Shown: positions 46,235 through 56,324 of the stretch, piece after piece | How the letters are laid out: each line of letters begins with the position of its first letter | Position numbering within the stretch: the stretch's first letter is position 1 | From: Candidatus Latescibacterota bacterium | GTDB lineage: Bacteria; Latescibacterota; UBA2968; UBA8231 | Assembly: GCA_965221775.1 (NCBI GenBank) | Contig: CBDCSU010000005.1 | Location: forward strand, 1,248,001 to 1,312,000 | Direction of reading: 5' to 3' | DNA: 64,000 nt | Position numbers and translations under genes: made by a program | Notes under the pieces: model-generated | Told to the model about the DNA's origin: nothing | Databases searched by the model: none | Seen by the model: the letters and a program-made list of their open reading frames with translations, nothing else

Positions 46235-46541
46235 CGTCCTGGTCGGTCAGATCGAACAGAGCAGAGCTATCGTCCAGATCGACGCCGGGTCTCACACCTC
46301 GCCCCTTGAAGGTCTTCAAGGAGACGCGCCCCGATCTCTTCGCCTGGTCGAAGTGGCGGATCGCAGTCTCGAACTTGTCTCGGCAGCCGGGACTGCAGAA
46401 CCCGACGACCTGGCCGTCATACTCGGTCAGCGAGTCTGCCTGCACCGGCTTGCCCGACCACGGGCAGGTCTTGTTGATGCAGTCGGCGATGTCGAGAGCG
46501 GGCATTGTGTCTCCCATGGATTCGTGGTCGTGGTCGAGCAC
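46221..46541 (-). CDS. YHS-like metal-binding protein fused to an antitoxin-like tail
   Basis: INKTCPWSGKPV...VGFCSPGCRDKF; tail GVRPGVDLDDSSALFDL. Confidence 0.6.
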   Translation of the reverse strand: MLDHDHESMGDTMPALDIADCINKTCPWSGKPVQADSLTEYDGQVVGFCSPGCRDKFETAIRHFDQAKRSGRVSLKTFKGRGVRPGVDLDDSSALFDLTDQDGGPS

Positions 46542-46542
46542 C

Positions 46543-47238
46543 TTACTTCGGCGATACTCGCTTGGTCAATCGCTCCTTCACGGCCTTGTAGCGCAGACCC
46601 GTTGACTCCAGGACCCGCGCCGCGAATCCAACCCGATCCCTGAGCAGCCCGAGAAGGAGGTGCTCGACGTGCACGTCATGACGGCCGGAGCCCCGGGCCT
46701 CGTCTGCGGCACTTTCGAGGACCCTCCTGAGGGCTGGGTTGAATCGGCTCTCGTCGCAATGGGAGCTTCCACTGGACACCCGGCTCTCCGCAAGGCGCCG
46801 GACCTCGTCGGGCGCGACGCCCAGTCCCTCCAGCAAGGGACCGGCAAGGGGCCGGATCTCCTCTCCCGCCAGGGCCAGCAGCAGATGCCCGGGGCCCACC
46901 TCGGGGCTGCCTCGACGCGTGGCTTCCGCGTTGGCCAACTCGATGATCTTCTTCACCGACTCGGCAAAGCGGAACTGGGCGGCCTGTTCATCGACGAAGG
47001 CCATCATCTTCGGCCAGCTCTCGAAGCCGTAGTCCCGGGCCAGCGTGAACTGCGCCTCCTGAACGGTGACGCCGGTGTGCCAGCCACCACCATCGCGAGG
47101 TTGGCCGGCCAGGCGCGGAAGGTGTGCGCGCAGCAGCCGGATGGCGGACACCTGGCCGGAGCGGCAGGCGCGCTGAAGTTGCCGCGCCTGGTTCCTGAGA
47201 TGCTCCCTGTTTGGACGACCGGGAAGGGAACGGGACAT
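46543..47238 (-). CDS. Clp N-terminal-repeat protein with an N-terminal helical domain
   Basis: LP.RPN.EHLRNQAR...AQFTLARDYGFESW, then two Clp_N repeats (GHLLLAL, EHLLLGL). Confidence 0.75.
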   Translation of the reverse strand: MSRSLPGRPNREHLRNQARQLQRACRSGQVSAIRLLRAHLPRLAGQPRDGGGWHTGVTVQEAQFTLARDYGFESWPKMMAFVDEQAAQFRFAESVKKIIELANAEATRRGSPEVGPGHLLLALAGEEIRPLAGPLLEGLGVAPDEVRRLAESRVSSGSSHCDESRFNPALRRVLESAADEARGSGRHDVHVEHLLLGLLRDRVGFAARVLESTGLRYKAVKERLTKRVSPK

Positions 47239-47497
47239 GCCTACCCTCTTTCCGAAGCGCCGGGGGGTTCGCCAGGACCGGCAGAAAGAAGGTCGGGAAG
47301 TGGAGCGAGGTGGGGTGGGCTGTGCCCTGACCGCGAACGTGGACGCTCCCCCGGAGCACTGTTTCTCAAGGTACCCCGGCTCGAGGTCTGCGGTCAACGC
47401 GAAGCCACTGGCCGGGCCGCTCCGGGATGACGGGCAAGAGGGTTTTCCGTTCATTCAGGACAGGCCGTATACGGGCGATTGGAACAGAGAGTCGGGA

Positions 47498-48442
47498 GTG
47501 CATCTGGCACAAGGCATCTCCGCGAACGATCCGGATCAGCACATTCGAGCCGCGGCTCTCGCCGCCATCGAACGGCTCTCCCGCCAGCATGGTGGCAGGG
47601 TCCACTGGGGCGAGATCGAGAGAGGATTCGACGCGGGCGGTCAACGAGTCCACTTCGCCACTCGTGCGAAGGGCATCTTCAAACCGAAACAGATGAGCGC
47701 CGCCCTCAGTATCAAGACAGTCATCCCCCGATCCGGGCGCGATGTCTGGTACCGCGATCAGGGCCTCGCAGCACGGAACACCGATCAGGAAACGGGCCTC
47801 TTGCGCTATGACCTCGCGCGTGGCGGCCCGGATGAGCCTACCAACCGGTCTCTGAGAAGAGCGATGGAACGGGGCGCACCGCTGATCTACTTCGCCGGTC
47901 TCTCACCATCGGAGTATCAGCCGGTGTTTCCCGTCTGGGTCGAAGAGTTCCACGAGAGCGAGGTGCTGCTCGCCACGGCCGACAATCCGGATTCCGCGGC
48001 GAGTCTTGCACACGAAGGACCGGAAAGGTCGTACTCACTTACGACCGCCCGATCGAGGAACCATCAGGCATGGTTCAGCGCCCGCACCAAGGCCGCCTAT
48101 GGGTATCAGTGCGCCTTCAGTGGCCTGCCGGTGCGTGAACTATTGGTGGGGGCCCATATCATTCCCGACGCCGACGGGGGGCCTGCCTCCGTGAAGAATG
48201 GAATCTGTATGTCCACGCTTCACCATACCGCCTTCGACACGCACTTGATCGGGGTTGATCCCGACTTCCGAATCCACATTTCTCCGCCCCTCAAGGAACG
48301 CAGGGACGGCGACTTGCTTGCCACCCTCAAGGGACTTGAGGAAACCCCCATCCACCTGCCTTCGGACCGGGAAGATTGGCCGAGACCCGCCTTTCTGGAG
48401 CATCGGTTCTCTCGATTCCTGTCCCAGGCCGATTCCCCATGA
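47498..48442 (+). CDS. HNH endonuclease (predicted restriction endonuclease)
   Basis: AYGYQCAFSG...AHIIP...NGICMSTLHHTAFD; start uncertain. Confidence 0.85.
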   Translation: MHLAQGISANDPDQHIRAAALAAIERLSRQHGGRVHWGEIERGFDAGGQRVHFATRAKGIFKPKQMSAALSIKTVIPRSGRDVWYRDQGLAARNTDQETGLLRYDLARGGPDEPTNRSLRRAMERGAPLIYFAGLSPSEYQPVFPVWVEEFHESEVLLATADNPDSAASLAHEGPERSYSLTTARSRNHQAWFSARTKAAYGYQCAFSGLPVRELLVGAHIIPDADGGPASVKNGICMSTLHHTAFDTHLIGVDPDFRIHISPPLKERRDGDLLATLKGLEETPIHLPSDREDWPRPAFLEHRFSRFLSQADSP

Positions 48443-48455
48443 TCAAGGAACCCAG

Positions 48456-49199
48456 ATGACCAGCTCCTCACCCACCGACAGCGTCGTCATCCTCTTCAAG
48501 GGCGGGCGGCTGCCCACGTGGCACCTGCTCGACGACGCCCAGCAGACCGACTACGAACGCCTCCACGTGGACCTGATGCTCGCGGTCTCGGAGCGGCACG
48601 GCCTGATGGGGCTGCACGGCTACCGGCTGCTGGCGCCCCTGGGCGACTGGGTGCGATTCTGGACGATCGAGTTCCCGGAGCTGGCCGGCGCCGAGGCATG
48701 GATCACGGCGGAGATGGAGCCGCCCTACGGACGCTACGGCCACTACGACTACTGCCTCGCCCGGCGCTGGCAGCCGGAGGGCCTGTCCTGGCTGCCCCGC
48801 CGCCCCGAACCCCCCGTGCCGCCGGACGCCGACCCGCACGTGATCGCGCCCCTGGCGCCCGATCCCTCCTCCGTCGTGGTCCTCGCCTTCGGCGGCTGGC
48901 GCCGCGGCTCCGACCAGATCGACCCGCGAACCCGGGGCGACGAGGAGCGCCGTCAGCTGCTGCGCCAGACGGCCGAGGACCACGGCCTGATCCACGGGGA
49001 GGTCTTCCGCCTCTGCGCTCCCAGCCCCGAGGGCGAGTTCGCCTGGATCCTGGAGTTCCCCGAGCTGGCCGGCGCCGAGGCCTGGATCGAGGCGGAGTCG
49101 GCGCCGCCCGCCGCGGCCCACCAGGAACGCCGCTTCCACCTGGCCCGGCGCTGGGCGCCGGAGTACTTCGTCACCTGGCCTCCGCGGAGGGACGGCTGA
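48456..49199 (+). CDS. Hypothetical protein with internal duplication
   Basis: Two halves, each with EFPELAGAEAWI.AE...LARRW. Confidence 0.7.
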   Translation: MTSSSPTDSVVILFKGGRLPTWHLLDDAQQTDYERLHVDLMLAVSERHGLMGLHGYRLLAPLGDWVRFWTIEFPELAGAEAWITAEMEPPYGRYGHYDYCLARRWQPEGLSWLPRRPEPPVPPDADPHVIAPLAPDPSSVVVLAFGGWRRGSDQIDPRTRGDEERRQLLRQTAEDHGLIHGEVFRLCAPSPEGEFAWILEFPELAGAEAWIEAESAPPAAAHQERRFHLARRWAPEYFVTWPPRRDG

Positions 49200-49406
49200 A
49201 GGGCGGGAGCCCGCGGGCAGGACGGATCGCCCTGGGCGCCGCCGCCGTCCCGCGCCACGGCTCTGACCTCGTGCGGTCTCGCCTTTCACCAGGACCTTCG
49301 CCGGCGACCGCCTTGCCACTGCCCGCCGAGACTCCGGCTCTCGCCTGGGGCTCCGGCCTGCCTTCTCTGCTGGATCTTCGCCTGCGCCGGTCCGCGGCCC
49401 GGCCTC

Positions 49407-52400
49407 GTGCTGGCCACGTCCGGCGCATCCCGCCGCCCGACCCAGCTCTTCCCTGTGCCTGATCTGCCTGCCCTCCTGACCTTCGTCGGGTCCGCCCGGG
49501 CCGCGCGCGCAGGCGGGACCCTGCTCCGGCCTGGCGCACTGATCTGGCTCTGCTGCTCCCTCGCCGGCGCCGGGCCCGCCGGCTCCCGGGGTCGGCCGTG
49601 GGCGCTGATCTGCCTCCTGGGCTGGACCTCCCTCGGCGCCGCGCCTGCAGCTTCGGCCGGGATCGACCTCTACCCCCGCGAGCCCCTGCGGGTGCACAAG
49701 ATCCAGCCCGTGGACTGCCGCCTCGTCCGCGGCTTCACCCACGCGCCGGTGGACGGGCGGGTGGACACGCGCTACCCCACCGGCACCGTCGGCGAGTGGC
49801 AGGGGCTGCACGGGACCCCGGCGGTGAACTACCGCCTCTTCAACGGCAACGACGGACTGCACGTGACCCTGGCGGAAGCTGGCTTCGACGCGATCCAGAT
49901 CCGCGGCCTCTGGCGGGGCGGGGTCTACGCCGGCCGCGAGGGACTGCACCCGCCCGACGGACCGCCCCTGTGCGAGGTGAGGCCCCGGGATGGCGCGTTC
50001 CACCGGCGGTTCGAGCCGCGCGTGGAGTCCCGCCGCCTCTCCTTCTTCCAGGAGCCGGGCCAGGACGGGGCGCTGAGGGACCTCACCGTCCTCCGGGTCG
50101 ACCCGGGCGAGATCGGTCTCCCGGCCGCGGACCTGGGAGACCTGGCCGGCGCCGCAGGCCTCGAGCTGGCGCCCGGCACTCCGGCGGAGCTGTCTGCACC
50201 CTGGACCGACCCCGCCCTGGCGATGGCGGCTCTCACCCTCGAGCTGGAGATCCTCCAGGCCGATCCGGGCCTGGTCCTGTCCGTCCGCGTGGGCGACGTC
50301 CTCGACGCCCGCCGCGACGCCATCCGCGTCGTCTTCCGGCTCCACGGTCCGGGCCGCTACGCGGCCAGCCTCGATCTGCCCGACCAGGTCTTCCTGCCGC
50401 GGCGGCACGAGTGGGCGCGGCCCCCGAGGATGGCGGGACCCTTCACCCCCGAGCCGCGGGTCCGGGTGTCGATCGAGTCCGGCTCCCCCTGCCGGCTCGC
50501 GTCGGTGAAGCTGAAGGCGCACCCGGTGCCGCGCGAGGAGGCGCTTCCCGAGGCGGCGGCCTGGCGGAAGTTCCTGCTGCGGGGGCTGTTCTCGGCCATG
50601 AGCGAGCCCCGGCCGTGGATGCATCTGCGGCACGGCCCGCCGGTGCGGGAGCAGATCGCCTCAAGCCCCGCCATCGAGCGCTACCGGACCTCGCTGACCG
50701 AGCTGCTGGAGACGGTGGAGGCCGCCCGGCTGCTGGCGCCGGGGGACTCCCTCATCGCGCAGTACCACGACTGGATCTACCAGAACATGGACCGCCGCAA
50801 ACCCCTGCCTTCGCCGGTCCTGCCCGAGGAGCCGGGCGCGCCCCGCTGGGCGGTGCTGGTCCGGGAGAACTGGAAGGAGCAGGCCCGCATCGCCCGGTGG
50901 TGGCTGGACCACCGGCTGGTGATCAACGGCGAGTTCGGCGGAGGGCCGCAGGACGACACCGATCTGTTCCAGGTCTGGCAGTGCCTGCCCATGATCGAGA
51001 GCGAGCCCCTGGGCGCGCGGCTGCGGGCGGCGGCCGCCAAGCTGGCGGACCTCGTGGTGGAACACCGCCTCGAGGAGGGGATCAACAAGCGCTCCATGGA
51101 CGCCCTCCACGCCTACGAGGAAGGGGTGAACCAGCTCGCCCTGAACGCCTGGTGGAACTACGGCGATCCCCTCCACTTCGAGCGGATCCTGGCGTCGGCG
51201 CGCTCGGCCATGCGGTTGATGGTGGAGACAGAAGACGGGCGCGTGCACTTCGGCGGCGGCCGTCTCGGCATCGAGGAGGCGCGCCGTGGTTTCGCCGAGA
51301 TCGGCGCCAGCCCCGGCGCCTTCGGATGGGCGCCGGCCCGCCTCTTCCTCCATCCCATGCACGTCGTGGCCGACTACAACGGACACCCGGCGGTCCTGGA
51401 GCGCTACGCGGCGTGGGGACGCACCTGGCTCGACTACCAGAAGCCCGGCGCCTTCGTCGAGAAGGTGGACATCCCCACCGGCGAGCCCATCCGGGTGACG
51501 GACCTGCCCTCGTCGGCCAACATCGCGCCCCTCATCGAACTGCTGGGGCTCTATGTGCTGACGGGGGACCCCGAGTGGCACCGGGCCTACCGCATGGGCG
51601 TCGACGGCGGCGGGTTCACCGGCGTCCAGGCCAGGTACGGCCGCACCCCACACGCCCTGGTGCCCTGGGAAGAGCCCTACACAAGCCACCTGCGCGAGAA
51701 GCTCTCGGGTCTGCAGAGCGGCTATGCCGGGTTCTTCGTCAACCAGGACCAGGTTCTGCTGGAGCGCTGGCTCTCCGACTCCCTCACCTGGTACCGCCGC
51801 TACCGCTACATGACCACCGCCGCCGAGCAGAAGACCGACCGCATCCTCACCTACCGGGCCACCACCGCCATCTCCTGCTACCTCGGCGACGCCCCGAACC
51901 GCAACCGCTGGCTGAACCTGACGGCGGTGAGCTACGAGGGCCTGAAGGGAGAGGACTTCGCTGGTCTCGTCTGGGAGGCTGGGCCCCGGTCGCTGCGGGT
52001 GGCCCTCTACAACTTCCGCGAGGAAGAGGTCAGGGGCCGCATGCGCGTCTGGCGCCTCGAGCCGGGCCGCTACCGCGTCGAGGCCGGCCCCGACCTCGAC
52101 GACGACGGGCGCTTCGAGGAGGCGGCCAGCCAGGCAACACGGACCCTGCAACGGTACTCGGCCATTCCCCTCGCCCTGCCGCCGCGGCAGGTGACGGTGG
52201 TCCGCGTCGAGCAGCTGCAGGCCCTGGGCGGCCTCCGCCGGAGGCCGGACCTGGCCCTGTCGCGGGGTGACTCCGGCAGCGTGCGGGTGCACAACATCGG
52301 CAGCGTGGAAGCCGAGGAGATCCGGGTGGAGCTCCGGCGCGGGGATCGTGTGGTTGGGAGCCGGATCATCGACAGGATCGAGGCCCCCCTCGACCTCCAT

Positions 52401-52520
52401 CCCCGCCGGGTGACTGTGAGCTTCGAGGGAGTCCGCGCCGGCGACGTGATCGTCGTCGATCCCGACGACCGCATCCCCGAGATCACCGAGCACAACAACC
52501 GGCTGGTGCTGGCCCGCTGA
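49407..52520 (+). CDS. Large secreted hypothetical protein with C-terminal CARDB-like domain
   Basis: RPDLAL...VHNIGS...VDPDDRIPEITEHNN; true start probably downstream of 49407. Confidence 0.65.
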   Translation: MLATSGASRRPTQLFPVPDLPALLTFVGSARAARAGGTLLRPGALIWLCCSLAGAGPAGSRGRPWALICLLGWTSLGAAPAASAGIDLYPREPLRVHKIQPVDCRLVRGFTHAPVDGRVDTRYPTGTVGEWQGLHGTPAVNYRLFNGNDGLHVTLAEAGFDAIQIRGLWRGGVYAGREGLHPPDGPPLCEVRPRDGAFHRRFEPRVESRRLSFFQEPGQDGALRDLTVLRVDPGEIGLPAADLGDLAGAAGLELAPGTPAELSAPWTDPALAMAALTLELEILQADPGLVLSVRVGDVLDARRDAIRVVFRLHGPGRYAASLDLPDQVFLPRRHEWARPPRMAGPFTPEPRVRVSIESGSPCRLASVKLKAHPVPREEALPEAAAWRKFLLRGLFSAMSEPRPWMHLRHGPPVREQIASSPAIERYRTSLTELLETVEAARLLAPGDSLIAQYHDWIYQNMDRRKPLPSPVLPEEPGAPRWAVLVRENWKEQARIARWWLDHRLVINGEFGGGPQDDTDLFQVWQCLPMIESEPLGARLRAAAAKLADLVVEHRLEEGINKRSMDALHAYEEGVNQLALNAWWNYGDPLHFERILASARSAMRLMVETEDGRVHFGGGRLGIEEARRGFAEIGASPGAFGWAPARLFLHPMHVVADYNGHPAVLERYAAWGRTWLDYQKPGAFVEKVDIPTGEPIRVTDLPSSANIAPLIELLGLYVLTGDPEWHRAYRMGVDGGGFTGVQARYGRTPHALVPWEEPYTSHLREKLSGLQSGYAGFFVNQDQVLLERWLSDSLTWYRRYRYMTTAAEQKTDRILTYRATTAISCYLGDAPNRNRWLNLTAVSYEGLKGEDFAGLVWEAGPRSLRVALYNFREEEVRGRMRVWRLEPGRYRVEAGPDLDDDGRFEEAASQATRTLQRYSAIPLALPPRQVTVVRVEQLQALGGLRRRPDLALSRGDSGSVRVHNIGSVEAEEIRVELRRGDRVVGSRIIDRIEAPLDLHPRRVTVSFEGVRAGDVIVVDPDDRIPEITEHNNRLVLAR

Positions 52521-52533
52521 CCGATTCGCGCCG

Positions 52534-53634
52534 CTACCCCATCCGCAGGTCCCGATCCGACAGCGGCAAGTCCACCCGCCCATGGCCCTGCCGATGCGAC
52601 TCTCGCAAGCCGATGGCGACTTCCAGCGCCTCCCGCCCGAACTCTCCCGGGCAAGTCCGCTCTTCCCCCTCCTCGATCGCCCGACAGACGCCCTCCATCG
52701 CATCGACCATGGACGAGCGCGGGTGCCACGGGTTGGGGAAGGGCCGCTGGATCGGCTCGCCGGTCTCCGGGTGCGCTGCCCACAGCTCGAACTGCGCGTG
52801 GGCGTTGCGCGAGACGATCCTCCCGCCCTCGCCGATGAACTCCAGGGTCCACGCATGCCCCGAGCGGTCGGCGCGGGAGTTCAGGAAACCGCGCACGCCA
52901 TTGGCGTAGGCGATGTAGCCCGATCCGGACAAGTCCCCGTCGGCCGCGGCCTGATCCTCGTCGTCCATCTCGCCCATCACCCACTCGGCCGGCGCTCCGG
53001 CAAAGAGCCGAAACAAGGCCAGCGTGTGACTTTGCAGATTCGACAGGCTGTGCGGGCTGTGGCAGACCATGGAGCGCAACCGGCCGATCGCTCCGTCCGC
53101 CATGACCTGCCGCGCATTGGTGTACCAGTTGTACCAGTTGAGATGACAGGCGATGGACAGAATGGTGCCCTTGGCCTTGCACGCCGCGATCATGGCATCG
53201 GCTTCGTCCAGGGAGCGGCACATCGGCTTGGTGGCGAAGATCGCCCGCACTCCGGCCTCGGCCAGACCGACGACCACCTCGGCCCGCTCGTCGGGCCGCG
53301 TCGTCACCGCCACTACGTCGGGCTGCTCCTGGGTGACCAACTCGCGGTAGTCCTCGTACAGGGCGCCCACCCCCCAGCGCCGGGCAAAGTCGTCCAGTCT
53401 GGCCCGGTCCACGTCGGCCGCGGCGATCAGCTCAATGCCCCGCGCCTCGATCATGGCCGGGGCGTGGGCCCACGGCCACGGATAGTGCGGCATCCCGATG
53501 TGCTCGTCGTCGATGGTGCTGCCCATCCGTCCGCAGCCGACCACTGCACCGCGATACGTCCCGCGCGGCTGCGTCGCCGCAATCTGCCTGTACGCCTCGC
53601 CCAACGGTTGTGCCATGCCGTGCCTCCTCTGCAT
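52534..53634 (-). CDS. Gfo/Idh/MocA oxidoreductase
   Basis: VVGCGRMG, IFATKPM motifs. Confidence 0.88.
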   Translation of the reverse strand: MQRRHGMAQPLGEAYRQIAATQPRGTYRGAVVGCGRMGSTIDDEHIGMPHYPWPWAHAPAMIEARGIELIAAADVDRARLDDFARRWGVGALYEDYRELVTQEQPDVVAVTTRPDERAEVVVGLAEAGVRAIFATKPMCRSLDEADAMIAACKAKGTILSIACHLNWYNWYTNARQVMADGAIGRLRSMVCHSPHSLSNLQSHTLALFRLFAGAPAEWVMGEMDDEDQAAADGDLSGSGYIAYANGVRGFLNSRADRSGHAWTLEFIGEGGRIVSRNAHAQFELWAAHPETGEPIQRPFPNPWHPRSSMVDAMEGVCRAIEEGEERTCPGEFGREALEVAIGLRESHRQGHGRVDLPLSDRDLRMG

Positions 53635-53644
53635 AATTTGAGCT

Positions 53645-54454
53645 ATGCGCCTCGCCTTCTACACATACAGCTACACCGACCGGCTCGGAATGCCGCTCGA
53701 GCCGGCACTGACAAAGATCGCCGCCACCGGCTACGACGGCATCGACATTTCGGGCACCCACGGGCCGTCGGCGGACCCGCGCTCGGTGACGCCCGAGTTG
53801 CGCGCGCAGACGCGGGGCACTGCCGAGCGGCTGGGCCTCACCATCGAAGCCGTCATCACCCACGCCAATCTCGCCGACTCGCTCTTCACCGCCGAACCGC
53901 TCGACCTCAAGGGGTCCGTCGATCTGGCCGCGGACGTTGGCGCACCGCTCGTCGTGTTCCACATGGGCGGCCCCAAGGACGATGCCGCCCGGCGAGCCGA
54001 GGCCTGGCGGCGGGTGGTCGCCCATCTCCAGGATGCGCTTGCCTACGCGGAGCCGCGCAGCGTGCGGTTGGCCGTCGATGGCGTCTGGGCCGGTTGGCTC
54101 ACCGACACCCCCGAGCGCTTCCTGGAGATGCACGACGAAGTCGGCAGCGCGTCCTTCGGCGTCAACTTCGATCCGTGCTATCTGACGCTCCTCGGCCTGG
54201 ATCCGGTGGCGGTCGCCCACCAGTGGCAGGCGTGCATCGTTCACGCCCATCTCAAGGACCACATCGGCGCCCATCCGGACTGGGACCACAAGATCCCCGG
54301 TCAGGGGAGTCTCGACTATCCGCGCATCGTGCAGGGGCTCCGGGAGATCGGCTTTGCGGAAGCCCTGGCCATAGAGACGTTCGTCACCATGGACTTCGAC
54401 GAATCCTGCGCGGCCGGCTACGCGGCGTTGGCACCGGCGATGGGCCCGAATTGA
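53645..54454 (+). CDS. Sugar phosphate isomerase/epimerase
   Basis: GYDGID, VNFDP, HAHLKD, PGQGSLDY. Confidence 0.85.
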   Translation: MRLAFYTYSYTDRLGMPLEPALTKIAATGYDGIDISGTHGPSADPRSVTPELRAQTRGTAERLGLTIEAVITHANLADSLFTAEPLDLKGSVDLAADVGAPLVVFHMGGPKDDAARRAEAWRRVVAHLQDALAYAEPRSVRLAVDGVWAGWLTDTPERFLEMHDEVGSASFGVNFDPCYLTLLGLDPVAVAHQWQACIVHAHLKDHIGAHPDWDHKIPGQGSLDYPRIVQGLREIGFAEALAIETFVTMDFDESCAAGYAALAPAMGPN

Positions 54455-54503
54455 CGGCCCCGGCCCGTATCCCGCAAGTCTCAACCGAAGGAGCGGCATC
54501 CCC

Positions 54504-55322
54504 TTGACGACTTTCGACTTCCACGGCAAGAAGGCGGTGGCCACCGGCGCCGGCGGTGCCATCGGCGGCGAGATCGCCCGCAGCCTCGCCCGGGCCGGCG
54601 CCGAGGTGGCGATCTGGGACATCTCACCCGAAGCGGCCCGCGCCAAAGCCGACGAGATCAACCAGGATTTTCCCGGCAAGGTCCTCCCCGTCGAGTGCAA
54701 TGTCGTCAACAAGGACAGCGTCGCATCCGCTCTCGCGGAGACCATCGAGCACTTCGGCACCATCGACTTCCTGCTCAACGGGGCTGGCGGCAGCCACAAG
54801 GATACCACCACTTCTCCGGAGCTCGAGTTCTTCGATATTGATCCGGAGGCGGTCAAGATGGTGATGGATCTCAACTATCTGAGCGCCGTCCTGCCCTCGC
54901 AGGCCGTGGGCCGCGTCTTCGCCGACAAAGGCGATGGGGCGGTCGTCAACATCACCTCCATCGGCGGCGGTTTGCCGCTGTCGCGGGCCCTGGCGTATTC
55001 CAATGGCAAGGCGGCCGCCGACAGCTTCACCCGCTGGCTGGCCGTGCACATGGCCACCACCTACGCGCCCAGGATCCGCGTCAATGCCGTGGCCCCGGGC
55101 TTCATGATCACCACGCAGAACCGCTTCCTGCTCCTCGACGAAGCCAGCGGCGAGCTGACCGATCGCGGCCAGACCATACTCGAGAACGTCCCCATGGCCC
55201 GCTTCGGCGACCCCCACGAAGTCGTCGGCGCGGCGCTCTGGCTTTTCTCGGACGCCGCCGCCTTTGTCACCGGTGCCATCGTGCCCATCGACGGCGGCTT
55301 TTCCGCCTTTTGCGGCGTATAG
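54504..55322 (+). CDS. SDR oxidoreductase (D-mannonate oxidoreductase-like)
   Basis: TGAGGAIG, LNGAGG, YSNGK, RVNAVAPGF.T.QNRFLL, PIDGGFSA. Confidence 0.88.
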   Translation: MTTFDFHGKKAVATGAGGAIGGEIARSLARAGAEVAIWDISPEAARAKADEINQDFPGKVLPVECNVVNKDSVASALAETIEHFGTIDFLLNGAGGSHKDTTTSPELEFFDIDPEAVKMVMDLNYLSAVLPSQAVGRVFADKGDGAVVNITSIGGGLPLSRALAYSNGKAAADSFTRWLAVHMATTYAPRIRVNAVAPGFMITTQNRFLLLDEASGELTDRGQTILENVPMARFGDPHEVVGAALWLFSDAAAFVTGAIVPIDGGFSAFCGV

Positions 55323-55344
55323 CGGATGTAACAGGAGAGAAACC

Positions 55345-56208
55345 ATGGCCAGGAAGAAGCGACCGCAACTCAAGCTCTGTGCTGCGGCATGGACGCTGAC
55401 CAACTACCCGTCAGAGGACAAGCAGTGGTCGATGGACCGCAAAGTCCGCGCCGCCAGGGACGCCGGCTTTGTCGGCTTCAGCGCCGGGGCGGATCCCGAG
55501 ATCGCCGAGGCCTGCGCCAGGCACGGGCTGCAACTCGTCGGCGGAGTCGACATAGCCACGGTAGAAGAAGCCGGGCCGAAGCTGGCCGCCTTCAAGGAGG
55601 CCGGTGCCATTCACATCAACGTCCAACTCTGCGACCACGACACGGCGATTCCCAGGGCGGTGACGGTGGCACGGGCGGTCATGCAGGCGGGTCAGGAGCT
55701 CAAGCTCAAGCCGGCGATCGAGTGGCACCGCGATACCTGTACCGAGACGCCGGAGAAGGGACTGGCCCTGGCCGCGCAGTACGAGAAGCGCTACAAGGAG
55801 CCGCTGCGCACGAATTTCGACCACTCCCATCCGGCGATCATCAAGCAGCTGCGGCCCGAGAGTTTCTGGGAGCGCATTGCCGAGTACCGCCCGGACCTGC
55901 TCAAGATGAGTGAGCTGATTCACTTTCGCACCTTCACCGGCAGCCATTGCCAGACACCGGTCACCAATGGCCGCGGGGTGCTCGACGCGGACTTCATCAC
56001 CTGGCGCGACAACTTCCTCAAGCACCTGCTCTACAACTGGGTCAAGGGCCAGCACGGAGCCACCGAGCTGTGGGCGGTCGTCGAGTTGGGGCCCAGGGGT
56101 TCCGGCTATGCCCTCGCCTGTTTCCCTGACGTGTGGAAGGACGCCATCGTCGCACGCGGCGAGATCGAGAAGGCCTTCAGGGGGGCGCTGAGGAAAGCGA
56201 CGCAGTAG
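55345..56208 (+). CDS. Xylose-isomerase-like TIM barrel protein
   Basis: IEWHRDT.TETPE, FDHSH, ELGP motifs. Confidence 0.75.
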   Translation: MARKKRPQLKLCAAAWTLTNYPSEDKQWSMDRKVRAARDAGFVGFSAGADPEIAEACARHGLQLVGGVDIATVEEAGPKLAAFKEAGAIHINVQLCDHDTAIPRAVTVARAVMQAGQELKLKPAIEWHRDTCTETPEKGLALAAQYEKRYKEPLRTNFDHSHPAIIKQLRPESFWERIAEYRPDLLKMSELIHFRTFTGSHCQTPVTNGRGVLDADFITWRDNFLKHLLYNWVKGQHGATELWAVVELGPRGSGYALACFPDVWKDAIVARGEIEKAFRGALRKATQ

Positions 56209-56324
56209 TGCATGGATCGGATTTGGAGCGCATCAACACATGATGGCGCTGCAAGAGGCGGCACCGTCGTGCAGGTCGGCTTGGACATTTCCGGCGAAGA
56301 GAGCCGGGGAAGGAGGGAGAGAGT

